Below are positions 1 to 8,277 of a stretch of DNA of 64,000 nt, one piece after another. The DNA is from an uncultured archaeon. GTDB taxonomy: Archaea; Aenigmatarchaeota; Aenigmatarchaeia; PWEA01; JAGHBM01. Below the pieces are notes generated by a model. It saw only the letters and a list, made by a program, of their open reading frames with translations, ran no database searches and had not been told where the DNA came from. The translations under genes were made by a program, and so were the position numbers. The stretch lies in the NCBI GenBank assembly GCA_964584335.1, contig CAZOZN010000001.1:293351-357350 (forward strand), read 5' to 3'. Numbering within the stretch: position 1 is the first letter of the stretch; the number at the start of each line of letters is the position of its first letter.

Positions 1-414
1 TTGTTTGAAAATGCGGAAAAATCCGCCATGGAATCAGAGTCGGGTTTATGGTCTTTTGTTTCTGACGACAATTGTTCGGTTTGTTTAGTTTTGGAAGAAT
101 TTAATTGGAATGCAGACGGTAATGACTGCAAAAATCCTAACGGGGAATGGGTTTCATTTAGAAACAGGTGTGATTTTGATTGCAATATTACAGGGTGGAC
201 TGTTTCTGATAGTGGAAGAAACGAATACAAATTTGAAGTTTTTTTGTTATCACCTGGTTCTAGTTTTGTTTTGTTTTCCGGAGAAGGAAATAATACTGAT
301 AAAGAAATTTATTGGAATAGAAAAGGCGCCTGTCCGGCTGTTTGGAATAACGATGGTGATACCTTGTTTTTGAGAGATTCTCTTGGTTATATTGCAGAGG
401 TTATTGGTTATTAA
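1..414 (+). CDS. C-terminal fragment of a nuclease-like protein with lamin-tail domain (LTD); 5' end lies outside the window
   Basis: ORF is open at the window edge. A ...ESGLW segment resembles an SNase C-terminus. It is followed by an LTD-like pattern: NPNGEWVSFRN..ITGWTVSD..FLLSPGSSFVLFSG..WNNDGDTLFLRD. Confidence 0.5.
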   Translation: MFENAEKSAMESESGLWSFVSDDNCSVCLVLEEFNWNADGNDCKNPNGEWVSFRNRCDFDCNITGWTVSDSGRNEYKFEVFLLSPGSSFVLFSGEGNNTDKEIYWNRKGACPAVWNNDGDTLFLRDSLGYIAEVIGY

Positions 415-950
415 ATTTCTAAAAATTTTTTGACTACTTCTTCTTGCCTTACCTCTGGATGGAACATTATTCCGTATATGTTTTTTGACCTGTGTTTTAT
501 TGCTTGTATGCATTTATCTGACTCTGCCAATATCTCAAAATCAGTATCCTTTATAGAGTAATTATGGAGTTCGTAAACTCTCAGGTTTCCATCGAAAAGC
601 TTGTTATGTTTTTTTGTATTTATTTCCTTGATTCCGATTTCTTTGTTTTTTATTATCTTTGCCCCGAATACCAAACCTATAACTTGCATGCCTGCACATA
701 TGCCCAGTATGTTTTTTTCTGTTTTTCTTAACCATTCAAATTTTTTTAAGTTTTTCATGTAATTACTGTCTTTCAGTGAGGTACCGCATAATATTATTTT
801 TTCAAAAAATTCCAAGTCTTTCTCTTCAATCTCAGAGTAATGTTTTAATGTACATTTTCCGGTTATTTTTGATATGGGCCTCAAGAACTCGTAGCTGCTC
901 AGAGAGTTTTTTTTGTAGCACAAATCAACCAAAAGTGTTTTTTTACTCAT
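411..950 (-). CDS. class I glutamine amidotransferase (GuaA subunit-A-like)
   Basis: Nucleophile elbow ILGICAGMQ and C-terminal MFHPE (His-Glu). About 179 aa. ATGA overlap with the upstream PP-loop gene. Confidence 0.7.
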   Translation of the reverse strand: MSKKTLLVDLCYKKNSLSSYEFLRPISKITGKCTLKHYSEIEEKDLEFFEKIILCGTSLKDSNYMKNLKKFEWLRKTEKNILGICAGMQVIGLVFGAKIIKNKEIGIKEINTKKHNKLFDGNLRVYELHNYSIKDTDFEILAESDKCIQAIKHRSKNIYGIMFHPEVRQEEVVKKFLEI

Positions 951-1627
951 TTTTCCACCAGAGAAGCTTTCTTGATTTTAATTAATCCAGAATACCTTTT
1001 ATATTCGCTTGAAAATTCATCTACTTTAATTTTTTTATTAAATAAAGGTGAATCGAGTACTGTTGTTTCTATTTCTCCGCCCTCACCGGAAGGGTTTATA
1101 AAATATTCTGAACTCATTTTTTCTAGCTCTAAAACGGTTCTTTTGTCTATAGTCCTGCCCAGCCATTCCGAGCCAAAGGGCTCTGCAAATACTCCTGTTA
1201 TAAGAACTTCAAATCCCGAATCCACCAATTCATTAAGTATATCAACCTGATTTTTTTGCCATAATGGATTAAAACACCAGATGTCAAGTTCGTTACATAT
1301 TTTTTGTATCCTTGTTGCCTGATACACAGATTCTATCGCTCCGGTAACTACCCCCTCTATTTCATACTCCTCTATTGCATTTTTTATTACTTTTTTTAAA
1401 TCCTCTAACTCCTTTTCCTTTTCACCCTTGGTTTTTATTTTAATTATTGGAATTTTCATTGCCTCAGACTGAAATTCGGTAATAGAAATATTTGGAGTAT
1501 GAAACATGAAGCTCTCCTTGTTTTCAGAAATAACCGTAATTAAACACGATACCTCTTCTTTTTGCATCGCTTTGTAAAGTGCCAAACAGGAATCTTTTCC
1601 TCCTGAAAATAAAACGCCCAGTTTCAT
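947..1627 (-). CDS. MJ0570/Dph6-family PP-loop ATPase (diphthine-ammonia ligase-like)
   Basis: N-terminal MKLGVLFSGGKDS PP-loop and C-terminal GEGGEIETTVLDSPLF signature of the Dph6/MJ0570 family. Confidence 0.8.
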   Translation of the reverse strand: MKLGVLFSGGKDSCLALYKAMQKEEVSCLITVISENKESFMFHTPNISITEFQSEAMKIPIIKIKTKGEKEKELEDLKKVIKNAIEEYEIEGVVTGAIESVYQATRIQKICNELDIWCFNPLWQKNQVDILNELVDSGFEVLITGVFAEPFGSEWLGRTIDKRTVLELEKMSSEYFINPSGEGGEIETTVLDSPLFNKKIKVDEFSSEYKRYSGLIKIKKASLVEK

Positions 1628-1668
1628 AAAAATTCATAACATTAGATATTATAAAAATATAATAAAGG

Positions 1669-2157
1669 TCAGTTTTCTATTATTTTGTAATCTATTAAGA
1701 GCTTTAGGCCTTTTTTTCTTTCTTTTGTTTCTTTTTCTTCAATACCTTCCGGTACATGCTCGGGTACTTTTTCAAATTTGCTGAATTTTTCTATTATACT
1801 GTTCAAGTCTCTTGAGGGGCGGCAGTTCCTTAGCTTAACTTTCTTGAATCTCCCCGCGTAATTTAATGTAACCCTCTCTTCAAGGCCGTTTGATATATGT
1901 TCATGATAAAAATCTCTGAGTTCTATGAATTCGGAATTTAATATCTTTTCTACAAAGGTATATATTTTTTCCGGCAGTATCTTGTACCTTTTGATTATTT
2001 TTCCGTTCTGATGCTTTCTCGTTTTTGTGTCAAGACCTATTCCAACCACTTCCACATTACCATCCTTAAAAATCCTTATCTTTCTCCCCGTCCATGGGGT
2101 TGTTGTTTTGAACATATACTCTATTAAGGGGTTGTGTTCTCTGTATCCTTTGTCCAT
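1669..2157 (-). CDS. hypothetical protein (162 aa)
   Basis: Clean ORF in a same-strand string between the radical SAM and Dph6-like genes. No motif recognised. Confidence 0.5.
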   Translation of the reverse strand: MDKGYREHNPLIEYMFKTTTPWTGRKIRIFKDGNVEVVGIGLDTKTRKHQNGKIIKRYKILPEKIYTFVEKILNSEFIELRDFYHEHISNGLEERVTLNYAGRFKKVKLRNCRPSRDLNSIIEKFSKFEKVPEHVPEGIEEKETKERKKGLKLLIDYKIIEN

Positions 2158-2223
2158 TCAATGCACCAATTATAATGAAGGACGAAAACTATTTAAGTAT
2201 TAACTACCTAAAAGAGACAACAT

Positions 2224-3258
2224 TTATGGCACTATTTCTATAGAATTGTTGTATTTGGGATAGATAAAATCATCCTTTTTTACTATATTTTTCTCTATAA
2301 GCTTGTTTATTTCATTTTTCCTGTCAAGCAAAGTATCTATAGTATGTTTGGTTATTTCACAAACCTTTTCAAAACCCTCTTCTCCCCAGTAACGTTCCTT
2401 GTAAGAATAAAGACACCTTCCGCCGCACCATTTTAAATAGGGACAGGATGTACATGGCTCATTTATACCGCACTTAGTTTCAAAATGATTGATATTACCC
2501 AGAACAGACCATTTTTCACGAACGGCGATAGGGCAAGATATAACTTTTCCGTTTGGCAGTATAGAGACCGAGTTTACTCCCGCCTCGCATGGAGGTTTCA
2601 TGTTACTCATTCCATGCTCTACTCGTAGTATGCCCTGAAATGGTGCAATACCAAGAACAAAACTTTCTTTCATTTCTTCTATCCACAAATCGGTGAGCTT
2701 TTCTATACCCTTCTTGTATCTTATTGACCATTCATCGAAATTATCCCATCTGTCGCTCCACATAACATCAAGCTGCCAATGAACATGGTCAAATTTATTT
2801 ACAAGGTGCTTGACGTCTCTGTATATATCACCTCTTTCTGAATGAGCCATTCTTGCTACTATGTCATTTACCTTTCCTTCAAGAAACTTTCTTGATTCCA
2901 TAACCTTTTTGTAGGTGCCGCCACCCCTGTAGTAATCAGTCACTTCTTCTGTACCGTCCACAGAAAGAAGTACAGTATCCATTTTTTTCCAGTATTTTTC
3001 ATCTAGATTCCGGGTAAGTGTTCCGTTAGTTTGTATAACGTAGGTAGCAGGTACAAAGTCTATTACATTTTTTATGAAATCTACGTTTAGAAGAGGCTCT
3101 CCACCATAAAAACATATAACATCCTCTGGTTTTATTATGTCTCTTAGCCTTTTTACATCGTAGGAAACTTCCCAAGGTACATATTCTCTTTCGAAGCTCC
3201 CGCCGCAATACCTGCAATTAAGGTTGCATCTTCCTGTTGTGTGCAGTATGAATAGCAT
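2224..3258 (-). CDS. radical SAM enzyme with C-terminal SPASM-type Cys cluster (putative peptide/protein-modifying)
   Basis: CNLNCRYC (CxxxCxxC) at the N-terminus. Cys-rich C-terminal region: CEAG..C..CTSCPYLKWCGGRC. Confidence 0.85.
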   Translation of the reverse strand: MLFILHTTGRCNLNCRYCGGSFEREYVPWEVSYDVKRLRDIIKPEDVICFYGGEPLLNVDFIKNVIDFVPATYVIQTNGTLTRNLDEKYWKKMDTVLLSVDGTEEVTDYYRGGGTYKKVMESRKFLEGKVNDIVARMAHSERGDIYRDVKHLVNKFDHVHWQLDVMWSDRWDNFDEWSIRYKKGIEKLTDLWIEEMKESFVLGIAPFQGILRVEHGMSNMKPPCEAGVNSVSILPNGKVISCPIAVREKWSVLGNINHFETKCGINEPCTSCPYLKWCGGRCLYSYKERYWGEEGFEKVCEITKHTIDTLLDRKNEINKLIEKNIVKKDDFIYPKYNNSIEIVP

Positions 3259-3369
3259 GCTAATTTTTCGAATTTTATGTTTATTAGCTTTTGTTCGTTC
3301 ATGTTCGCTACTGTTCAGTACAGGTTTTATATGTTGTTCATGTGCTGGGATAAAGCGAGGTGATAAAAA

Positions 3370-4023
3370 ATGAATACAAAATATATCCTCCCTGCAATGC
3401 TTTTGGGAGTATTGCTTTTTGGAGGAATAGCAACAGTTAATGCAACAGCCAACTTGGCTGAAATACCAACATTTAGTGAAACAAGAAGAATAATAGAAAC
3501 AGGCTCTTTGATTGAGAAAGAAGAGTTTAAAATAGAAGAAAATGAGATACCTTCGTCTTACGAGGAAACAAAGAAGCTCATGAGATACTCCATTGAGAAT
3601 GATGAATTGATTATAACTCCGGATTCATCTTCATCAGAAGAAGTGACAAAAATAGACGGATATAGAGGTACAAGGAGGTTCTTGATGTATACCCAGGACG
3701 GAAGAAATATACTATGGGGGACTTTAAGAAACGGTTACTTCCTTGCTCAGGACAATGAAGGTAACGATGCTTGGGGAGTATATCAAGGAGGAAAATTTGT
3801 CGGTTTTTACGAAGAGGAAGAAGATTCGGTCTTTTATTTCCATGGATATTACAGGAAAGGTTACTGGAAAGCTCAAAATCTTTTCGGTGAAGAATCTTCG
3901 TACGGGAAATATGTTATTTTCCCAAATTCAAATATCAGACATTGGAAAATAAGACCAAATCCTGTAAGACCGTTATATTACCCTGGTCCAATGGAGGAAA
4001 CAATAGAAAAAGAGGTAATATGA
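3370..4023 (+). CDS. secreted hypothetical protein
   Basis: AGGTGAT SD 5 nt upstream of the ATG. N-terminal hydrophobic signal-like segment ILPAMLLGVLLFGGIATVNA. Aromatic/Gly-rich C-terminal half. Confidence 0.6.
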   Translation: MNTKYILPAMLLGVLLFGGIATVNATANLAEIPTFSETRRIIETGSLIEKEEFKIEENEIPSSYEETKKLMRYSIENDELIITPDSSSSEEVTKIDGYRGTRRFLMYTQDGRNILWGTLRNGYFLAQDNEGNDAWGVYQGGKFVGFYEEEEDSVFYFHGYYRKGYWKAQNLFGEESSYGKYVIFPNSNIRHWKIRPNPVRPLYYPGPMEETIEKEVI

Positions 4024-4035
4024 AATCAATAAATG

Positions 4036-4052
4036 CCCCTGCATGGCAGGGG
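4036..4052 (+). terminator. GC-rich hairpin immediately after the 3370-4023 gene
   Basis: cccctgc-atg-gcagggg, a perfect 7-bp stem in an otherwise AT-rich context. The ATG of the 4043 ORF-track start sits in the loop. Confidence 0.3.
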
Positions 4053-4087
4053 TAACCATATATAAACAAAGGAGAAATATTAAAATT

Positions 4088-4930
4088 ATGAAATTGTGGT
4101 TTTTATTCCCCCTTGTATTATTTTTTTGTATTTTTTCATCTCAGGCCGAAGCTGATATTGAAAGCGTAGATTATCTTGCAATAATAGAAGATAATGGAAA
4201 TGTTATAGTTACTGTAAATATAGAAGGAGAAGGTGTTGTTAATTTGCCTATACAAAAAGATGCAGAAGAGATAAACGTGGAGGGAGGACTCTACATAATA
4301 GAAGAAGATGAAATTGAAGTTTCCATAGGGGAGACTGGAGAAGCTTTTGTACTGTACTCTACATCTATGCTTACAAAAAAGAACGGAAGAAACTGGGAAT
4401 TTGACATGAAATTGCCTCAGAAATATTCGGTCGGATGTGCAGTTGCAATGCCAAAAGATACCAATCTCGAGGAAACAATACCAAATGCCGTAATAGAGTC
4501 AGGAGAAATAATGAAGCTTCACTGGAACAATGAAACGGATGAGATATACGTAAAATATTATTTTGATAAAGAAATAATTGAAGAGGAAATAAAAGGGGCA
4601 AACATAGTAATTTATTTGGCAGTCATTTTTTGCGCTATTTTAGCTCTTTCAGGAGGCGTAATAATATTTTCAAAAAGAAGAGAAATAAAGAAACTTGACA
4701 AGAAAAAAAACATAATAAAAACTTTACCCCCAAATGAGACAAAGATAGTTGAACTTTTAATGGAAAATGATGGTGAAATGAAGAGAAGTATAGCAGAGAG
4801 AAAATTAGAGATAGCTAAGTCAAGTCTTGCTGTTTCACTGAAAAATCTTGAAAGAAAAAATATAATAAAGGTTGACAGAACTTCAGCAAGCCATTACCTT
4901 AGGTTTACGAGTTGGTTTAATGAGCTTTAA
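4088..4930 (+). CDS. membrane-anchored protein: extracytoplasmic domain, one TM, C-terminal winged-helix DNA-binding-like domain
   Basis: Start chosen at MKLWFLFPLVLFF (signal-like). TM segment IVIYLAVIFCAILALSGGVIIF. C-terminal LPPNETKIVELLMENDGEMKRSIAERKLEIAKSSLAVSLKNLERKNIIKV looks MarR/TrmB-like wHTH. Confidence 0.6.
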   Translation: MKLWFLFPLVLFFCIFSSQAEADIESVDYLAIIEDNGNVIVTVNIEGEGVVNLPIQKDAEEINVEGGLYIIEEDEIEVSIGETGEAFVLYSTSMLTKKNGRNWEFDMKLPQKYSVGCAVAMPKDTNLEETIPNAVIESGEIMKLHWNNETDEIYVKYYFDKEIIEEEIKGANIVIYLAVIFCAILALSGGVIIFSKRREIKKLDKKKNIIKTLPPNETKIVELLMENDGEMKRSIAERKLEIAKSSLAVSLKNLERKNIIKVDRTSASHYLRFTSWFNEL

Positions 4931-5558
4931 TAAAAAAATAACTTTTGCATTTGTTTTGTTAGCCATCTTTATATTTGCCTCTTCTAATGTATTGGCAGGT
5001 TGCGGGTGTTCAAATATTAGTCAGAGCATTAGACTACCTTCAAATACTTTAAGAGATTTTCAGGATATAGAAAAAAAGCCGGTATCTACAGATTCCGAGA
5101 AAAGGGAATTTTACAACAAAGTTTTTAACATAAAAAGTGACACGAAAGCAAAAATATCAACAGTTGATAGTATTATCAGAAGAGGAAAAGAGGACCCGGA
5201 AAACTTCTTTGCAATAATGACTATAACAAGAGACATGGTTGAAGAAGATTATAGAAGTGATGTTGCAGAAATTTTAATCGATATGAATAATACTTTTGTA
5301 AAGAAGTTTTATCTTAAGGCAATGGAAAGTGAAAAACAAAAATACGAGATTAAAGAACAGATAATCAATTATGTTAAGCTAGTTTCGTCTGAACAGGAAA
5401 CAGAAATAAGTTTAGGGCCGGAGACAGAAAAAAACCAGACAACCCCGGGAGAAAATAAAATAGAGATAAAAAGAGATATATCTGAAGAAAGTATAAAGTC
5501 CCTTTTTAATAATGAGATAAGCAGAAAAGAATTTATCAACATCATATTCAATAAATAA
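4920..5558 (+). CDS. hypothetical lipoprotein-like secreted protein
   Basis: Internal start MSFNKKITFAFVLLAIFIFASSNVLAGC (hydrophobic segment plus LAGC lipobox-like). 11-nt overlap with the upstream gene. Confidence 0.5.
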   Translation: MSFNKKITFAFVLLAIFIFASSNVLAGCGCSNISQSIRLPSNTLRDFQDIEKKPVSTDSEKREFYNKVFNIKSDTKAKISTVDSIIRRGKEDPENFFAIMTITRDMVEEDYRSDVAEILIDMNNTFVKKFYLKAMESEKQKYEIKEQIINYVKLVSSEQETEISLGPETEKNQTTPGENKIEIKRDISEESIKSLFNNEISRKEFINIIFNK

Positions 5559-5609
5559 GCTTTTTAATTGATTCAATTCATTAATTAACTTGATAAAGGA
5601 GGTGTTTTT

Positions 5610-5843
5610 TTGGTTAAGGTAAAGGTTTATAGTGTACCTACTTGTCCTTACTGTAAGAAGATAAAGGAGTTTCTTAATAATGAAGGTATTGAATTTGAAG
5701 ATATAGATGTTTCTGAGGAAGAAAATAAAAAAGAGATGCTAGATAAAACAGGACAATTGAGAGTGCCACAGACAGAAATTAACGGAAATATGATAATTGG
5801 TTATAAAATGGAAAAAATAAAAGAGGAGTTAAAAAATGTATGA
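5610..5843 (+). CDS. glutaredoxin-like small redox protein
   Basis: CPYC active site and thioredoxin-fold pattern ..RVPQTEINGNMIIGY. AAGGAGGTG SD upstream of a TTG start. Confidence 0.8.
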   Translation: MVKVKVYSVPTCPYCKKIKEFLNNEGIEFEDIDVSEEENKKEMLDKTGQLRVPQTEINGNMIIGYKMEKIKEELKNV

Positions 5844-6744
5844 TATAATAATTATTGGAGCAGGAATTTCGGGACAAACTGCAGCAATATATGCATCAAG
5901 AAAAAAAATGAACTATCTATTCATAACCAAAGAAATCGGCGGACAGTTCCTTGAGTCCGGGGAAGTTGTAAATTATCCCGGAATAATAAAAACTACCGGC
6001 GAGGAATTTGCATCTGTTATGGAAGAGCAGCTTGAATTTAATGATGTGAGTGTTAATGAAAACGAGGAGGTAAAGTCAATAGAGAAAAAGGAAAAGGGGT
6101 TTAAAGTTACTACAGACAAAAATTCCTACGAATCTTATACGGTTCTGATAGCAACAGGAGCCAGGCACAGGATGCTTAAGGTACCGGGAGAAGAAAGGCT
6201 AAAGAACAAAGGAGTTACCTACTGTGCTGTGTGTGACGGTCCCTTGTTTTCCGGAAAGAATATTGCAATCATAGGCGGTGGAGATTCTGCACTTGAAGCT
6301 GCTGATTTCACAAAAAGTATTGCAAATAAAATATACCTTATAAATAGAAACAAAGACTTTAGTGCGCACGAATATTTGGTTGAAAGAGTAAAATCAATGG
6401 ACAACTTGGAGATAATAGAAGAGTCAAATACAGTTGAAATTTTAGGAGAAGAAATGGTTAAAGGTCTTGTTTACGAGAAGAATGGTGAAAAAAAGGAACT
6501 GGATGTGAATGGTATTATAATAGAGATTGGAAGAGTTCCTAATACCAATTTTGTAAAAGGACTTGTAGAGCTCGACAAACATGGCCATATAATAATTGAC
6601 TGTCAGACAGGAACCTCAGTCGAGGGTATATTCGCGGCAGGTGATTGTGCTTCCGGTCACGAATACCAGTATTGTATAGCCGCGGGGCAGGGTTGTATGG
6701 CTCTTCTTAAGGCAGCAAGATATATAGCAAAAAGAAATCTTTAG
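5836..6744 (+). CDS. trxB: thioredoxin-reductase-family flavoprotein (low-Mr TrxR type)
   Basis: GAGISGQTAA FAD motif, CAVC redox dithiol, GGGDSALEAA second dinucleotide motif, GIFAAGDC. Overlaps the upstream gene by 8 nt. Confidence 0.85.
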   Translation: MYDIIIIGAGISGQTAAIYASRKKMNYLFITKEIGGQFLESGEVVNYPGIIKTTGEEFASVMEEQLEFNDVSVNENEEVKSIEKKEKGFKVTTDKNSYESYTVLIATGARHRMLKVPGEERLKNKGVTYCAVCDGPLFSGKNIAIIGGGDSALEAADFTKSIANKIYLINRNKDFSAHEYLVERVKSMDNLEIIEESNTVEILGEEMVKGLVYEKNGEKKELDVNGIIIEIGRVPNTNFVKGLVELDKHGHIIIDCQTGTSVEGIFAAGDCASGHEYQYCIAAGQGCMALLKAARYIAKRNL

Positions 6745-6756
6745 TTGGTGGATAAA

Positions 6757-6903
6757 ATGGTTCAAAAAAAGTTTTGGAGATGTAATGTTTGTGGTGATAT
6801 ACACTACGGTGTTTCAGGCCCGGAGATTTGTCCCACATGCAATTTCAAGAACTCTTACGTAGAGATAGATAAAAACGAGGCAAAGAGTGTGATGAATTTA
6901 TGA
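6757..6903 (+). CDS. rubredoxin-like zinc/iron-ribbon protein (48 aa, below the ORF-track cutoff)
   Basis: Own translation: MVQKKFWRCNVCGDIHYGVSGPEICPTCNFKNSYVEIDKNEAKSVMNL. CxxC..(15)..CxxC as in the rubredoxin-like domain of rubrerythrin. Stop overlaps the next start (ATGA). Confidence 0.55.
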   Translation: MVQKKFWRCNVCGDIHYGVSGPEICPTCNFKNSYVEIDKNEAKSVMNL

Positions 6904-7166
6904 AAAAAGAATATTTGATAAAAGTCTGGGAAAACTTTACAAAAAACAATGATTTTAAGCTAAATACTGACACAAATCATGTAGAAGATTTGGCCTCGGG
7001 TGTTTTAGAGAACGAAAAAAAATTCGGTCTAAAGCTCTGTCCATGCAGACTAAGAGACGGAACCAGGGAAAGAGACTTGGAGCTTCTCTGTCCATGCAAT
7101 TTCAAATCACAGGAAACATGGAAAGAGGAAGGAAGGTGCTGGTGCGGGCTTTTTGTAAAAGAATGA
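6900..7166 (+). CDS. ferredoxin:thioredoxin reductase catalytic-subunit-like protein (FTRc family)
   Basis: Three CxC motifs (LCPCR ... LCPCN ... CWCGLF) in an ~88-aa protein, the hallmark of the FTR catalytic chain. Confidence 0.75.
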   Translation: MKKEYLIKVWENFTKNNDFKLNTDTNHVEDLASGVLENEKKFGLKLCPCRLRDGTRERDLELLCPCNFKSQETWKEEGRCWCGLFVKE

Positions 7167-7167
7167 T

Positions 7168-8277
7168 TCACTTCTTATTTTTCTTAACTCTTCTTCTCTC
7201 TTCAATCACCATTATGGGAGGTACCACGCCCAGTGCGGCTACCAGGGAATAGAAAACTCCGAAAGTCAGTGCCACAGAGAAATCCTGTAAGAAAGTAAGA
7301 GTTGCTGTAAGAAGAGCAAGAAAACCTATTATTGTTGTGAATGATGTTAAGGTAAGCCCTTTTCCTACATGCACTACAGCATTAGTAATTGCTTCTTCCG
7401 CGGGGTATTTTTTCCTGTCCTCCTTGAACCTATGTATTATATGTATTGCAAAATCTATTCCAAGACCTATAATTATAGAAAAAACTCCGGTTAATGGTGG
7501 TGATAAAGGTATCCCAACATAACCAAGAGTGCCAAAGGTCCATATCGTGGAAAGTATTATAGGGACCACCGCTATTCCCACGAAAGTTATTCTCCTAAAG
7601 AATAGATATAATATTACAAAAACCGCTAAAAATCCTATGAATGTAACATAGCTAGTTCTTCCGCCCAGACTTCTTCCTATTTCCTCTCCAAGAAATGCAG
7701 AACCGGCAAAATCAACTTTCATCCCCAGCGGTCTTTCGGAAAAGTATACTGTGTTTCTTATATAATTATTTAGCTGGTCTCTTTCAAAATCTGGCATATC
7801 TGCCATCAAAGAGAAAGTCATTATTGCAACTCTCTTGTCTTTGGTGATGAAATCCCCGGATTGTGGATTTTCTTCAAGAAAATAATTTATTTCTTTCTGT
7901 GAAAGAGATATGTCAACTAAATCTGTAACGCTTCTCTTGTTTAGTACAAATTCGTTTTCTTCTATTTGATTTCCTATATTTTCCATTGATTCTAAAATCC
8001 TTTTATCCCTTATATCGCTAACACTCATGGGATCTTTTTCTTCAAGCCTGAATATGAGAATTACGCTTTCTCCGCCTCTCCCTATTTTGTCTCTTATTTT
8101 ATTAAGGGAAATAATAGTATCTATGTCCTCTGGAAGCTGGCTTTCTTCGCTTGTTTCGTTTTCTATGAGAGAAAACCCGGTCGATATTATAATTGTGAAT
8201 ATCAGGAAAGCTGCTATAAAAGTCTTAGGTCTTTTGTTTTCTAGTTTTGCAAGTTTATCAAGATATTTTTCAATCAT
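7168..8277 (-). CDS. RND/MMPL-superfamily exporter, C-terminal half
   Basis: One N-terminal TM, a soluble loop domain, then five TMs with GLGIDFAIHIIHRF. ATGA overlap with the upstream half. Confidence 0.7.
   Translation of the reverse strand: MIEKYLDKLAKLENKRPKTFIAAFLIFTIIISTGFSLIENETSEESQLPEDIDTIISLNKIRDKIGRGGESVILIFRLEEKDPMSVSDIRDKRILESMENIGNQIEENEFVLNKRSVTDLVDISLSQKEINYFLEENPQSGDFITKDKRVAIMTFSLMADMPDFERDQLNNYIRNTVYFSERPLGMKVDFAGSAFLGEEIGRSLGGRTSYVTFIGFLAVFVILYLFFRRITFVGIAVVPIILSTIWTFGTLGYVGIPLSPPLTGVFSIIIGLGIDFAIHIIHRFKEDRKKYPAEEAITNAVVHVGKGLTLTSFTTIIGFLALLTATLTFLQDFSVALTFGVFYSLVAALGVVPPIMVIEERRRVKKNKK

Noticed and set aside
4043-4087. Upstream start (MAGVTIYKQRRNIKI...) for the 4043-4930 track ORF
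   Set aside because: The ATG at 4043 lies in the loop of the GC-rich hairpin 4036-4052 that follows the previous gene. The signal-like sequence begins at the ATG at 4088.
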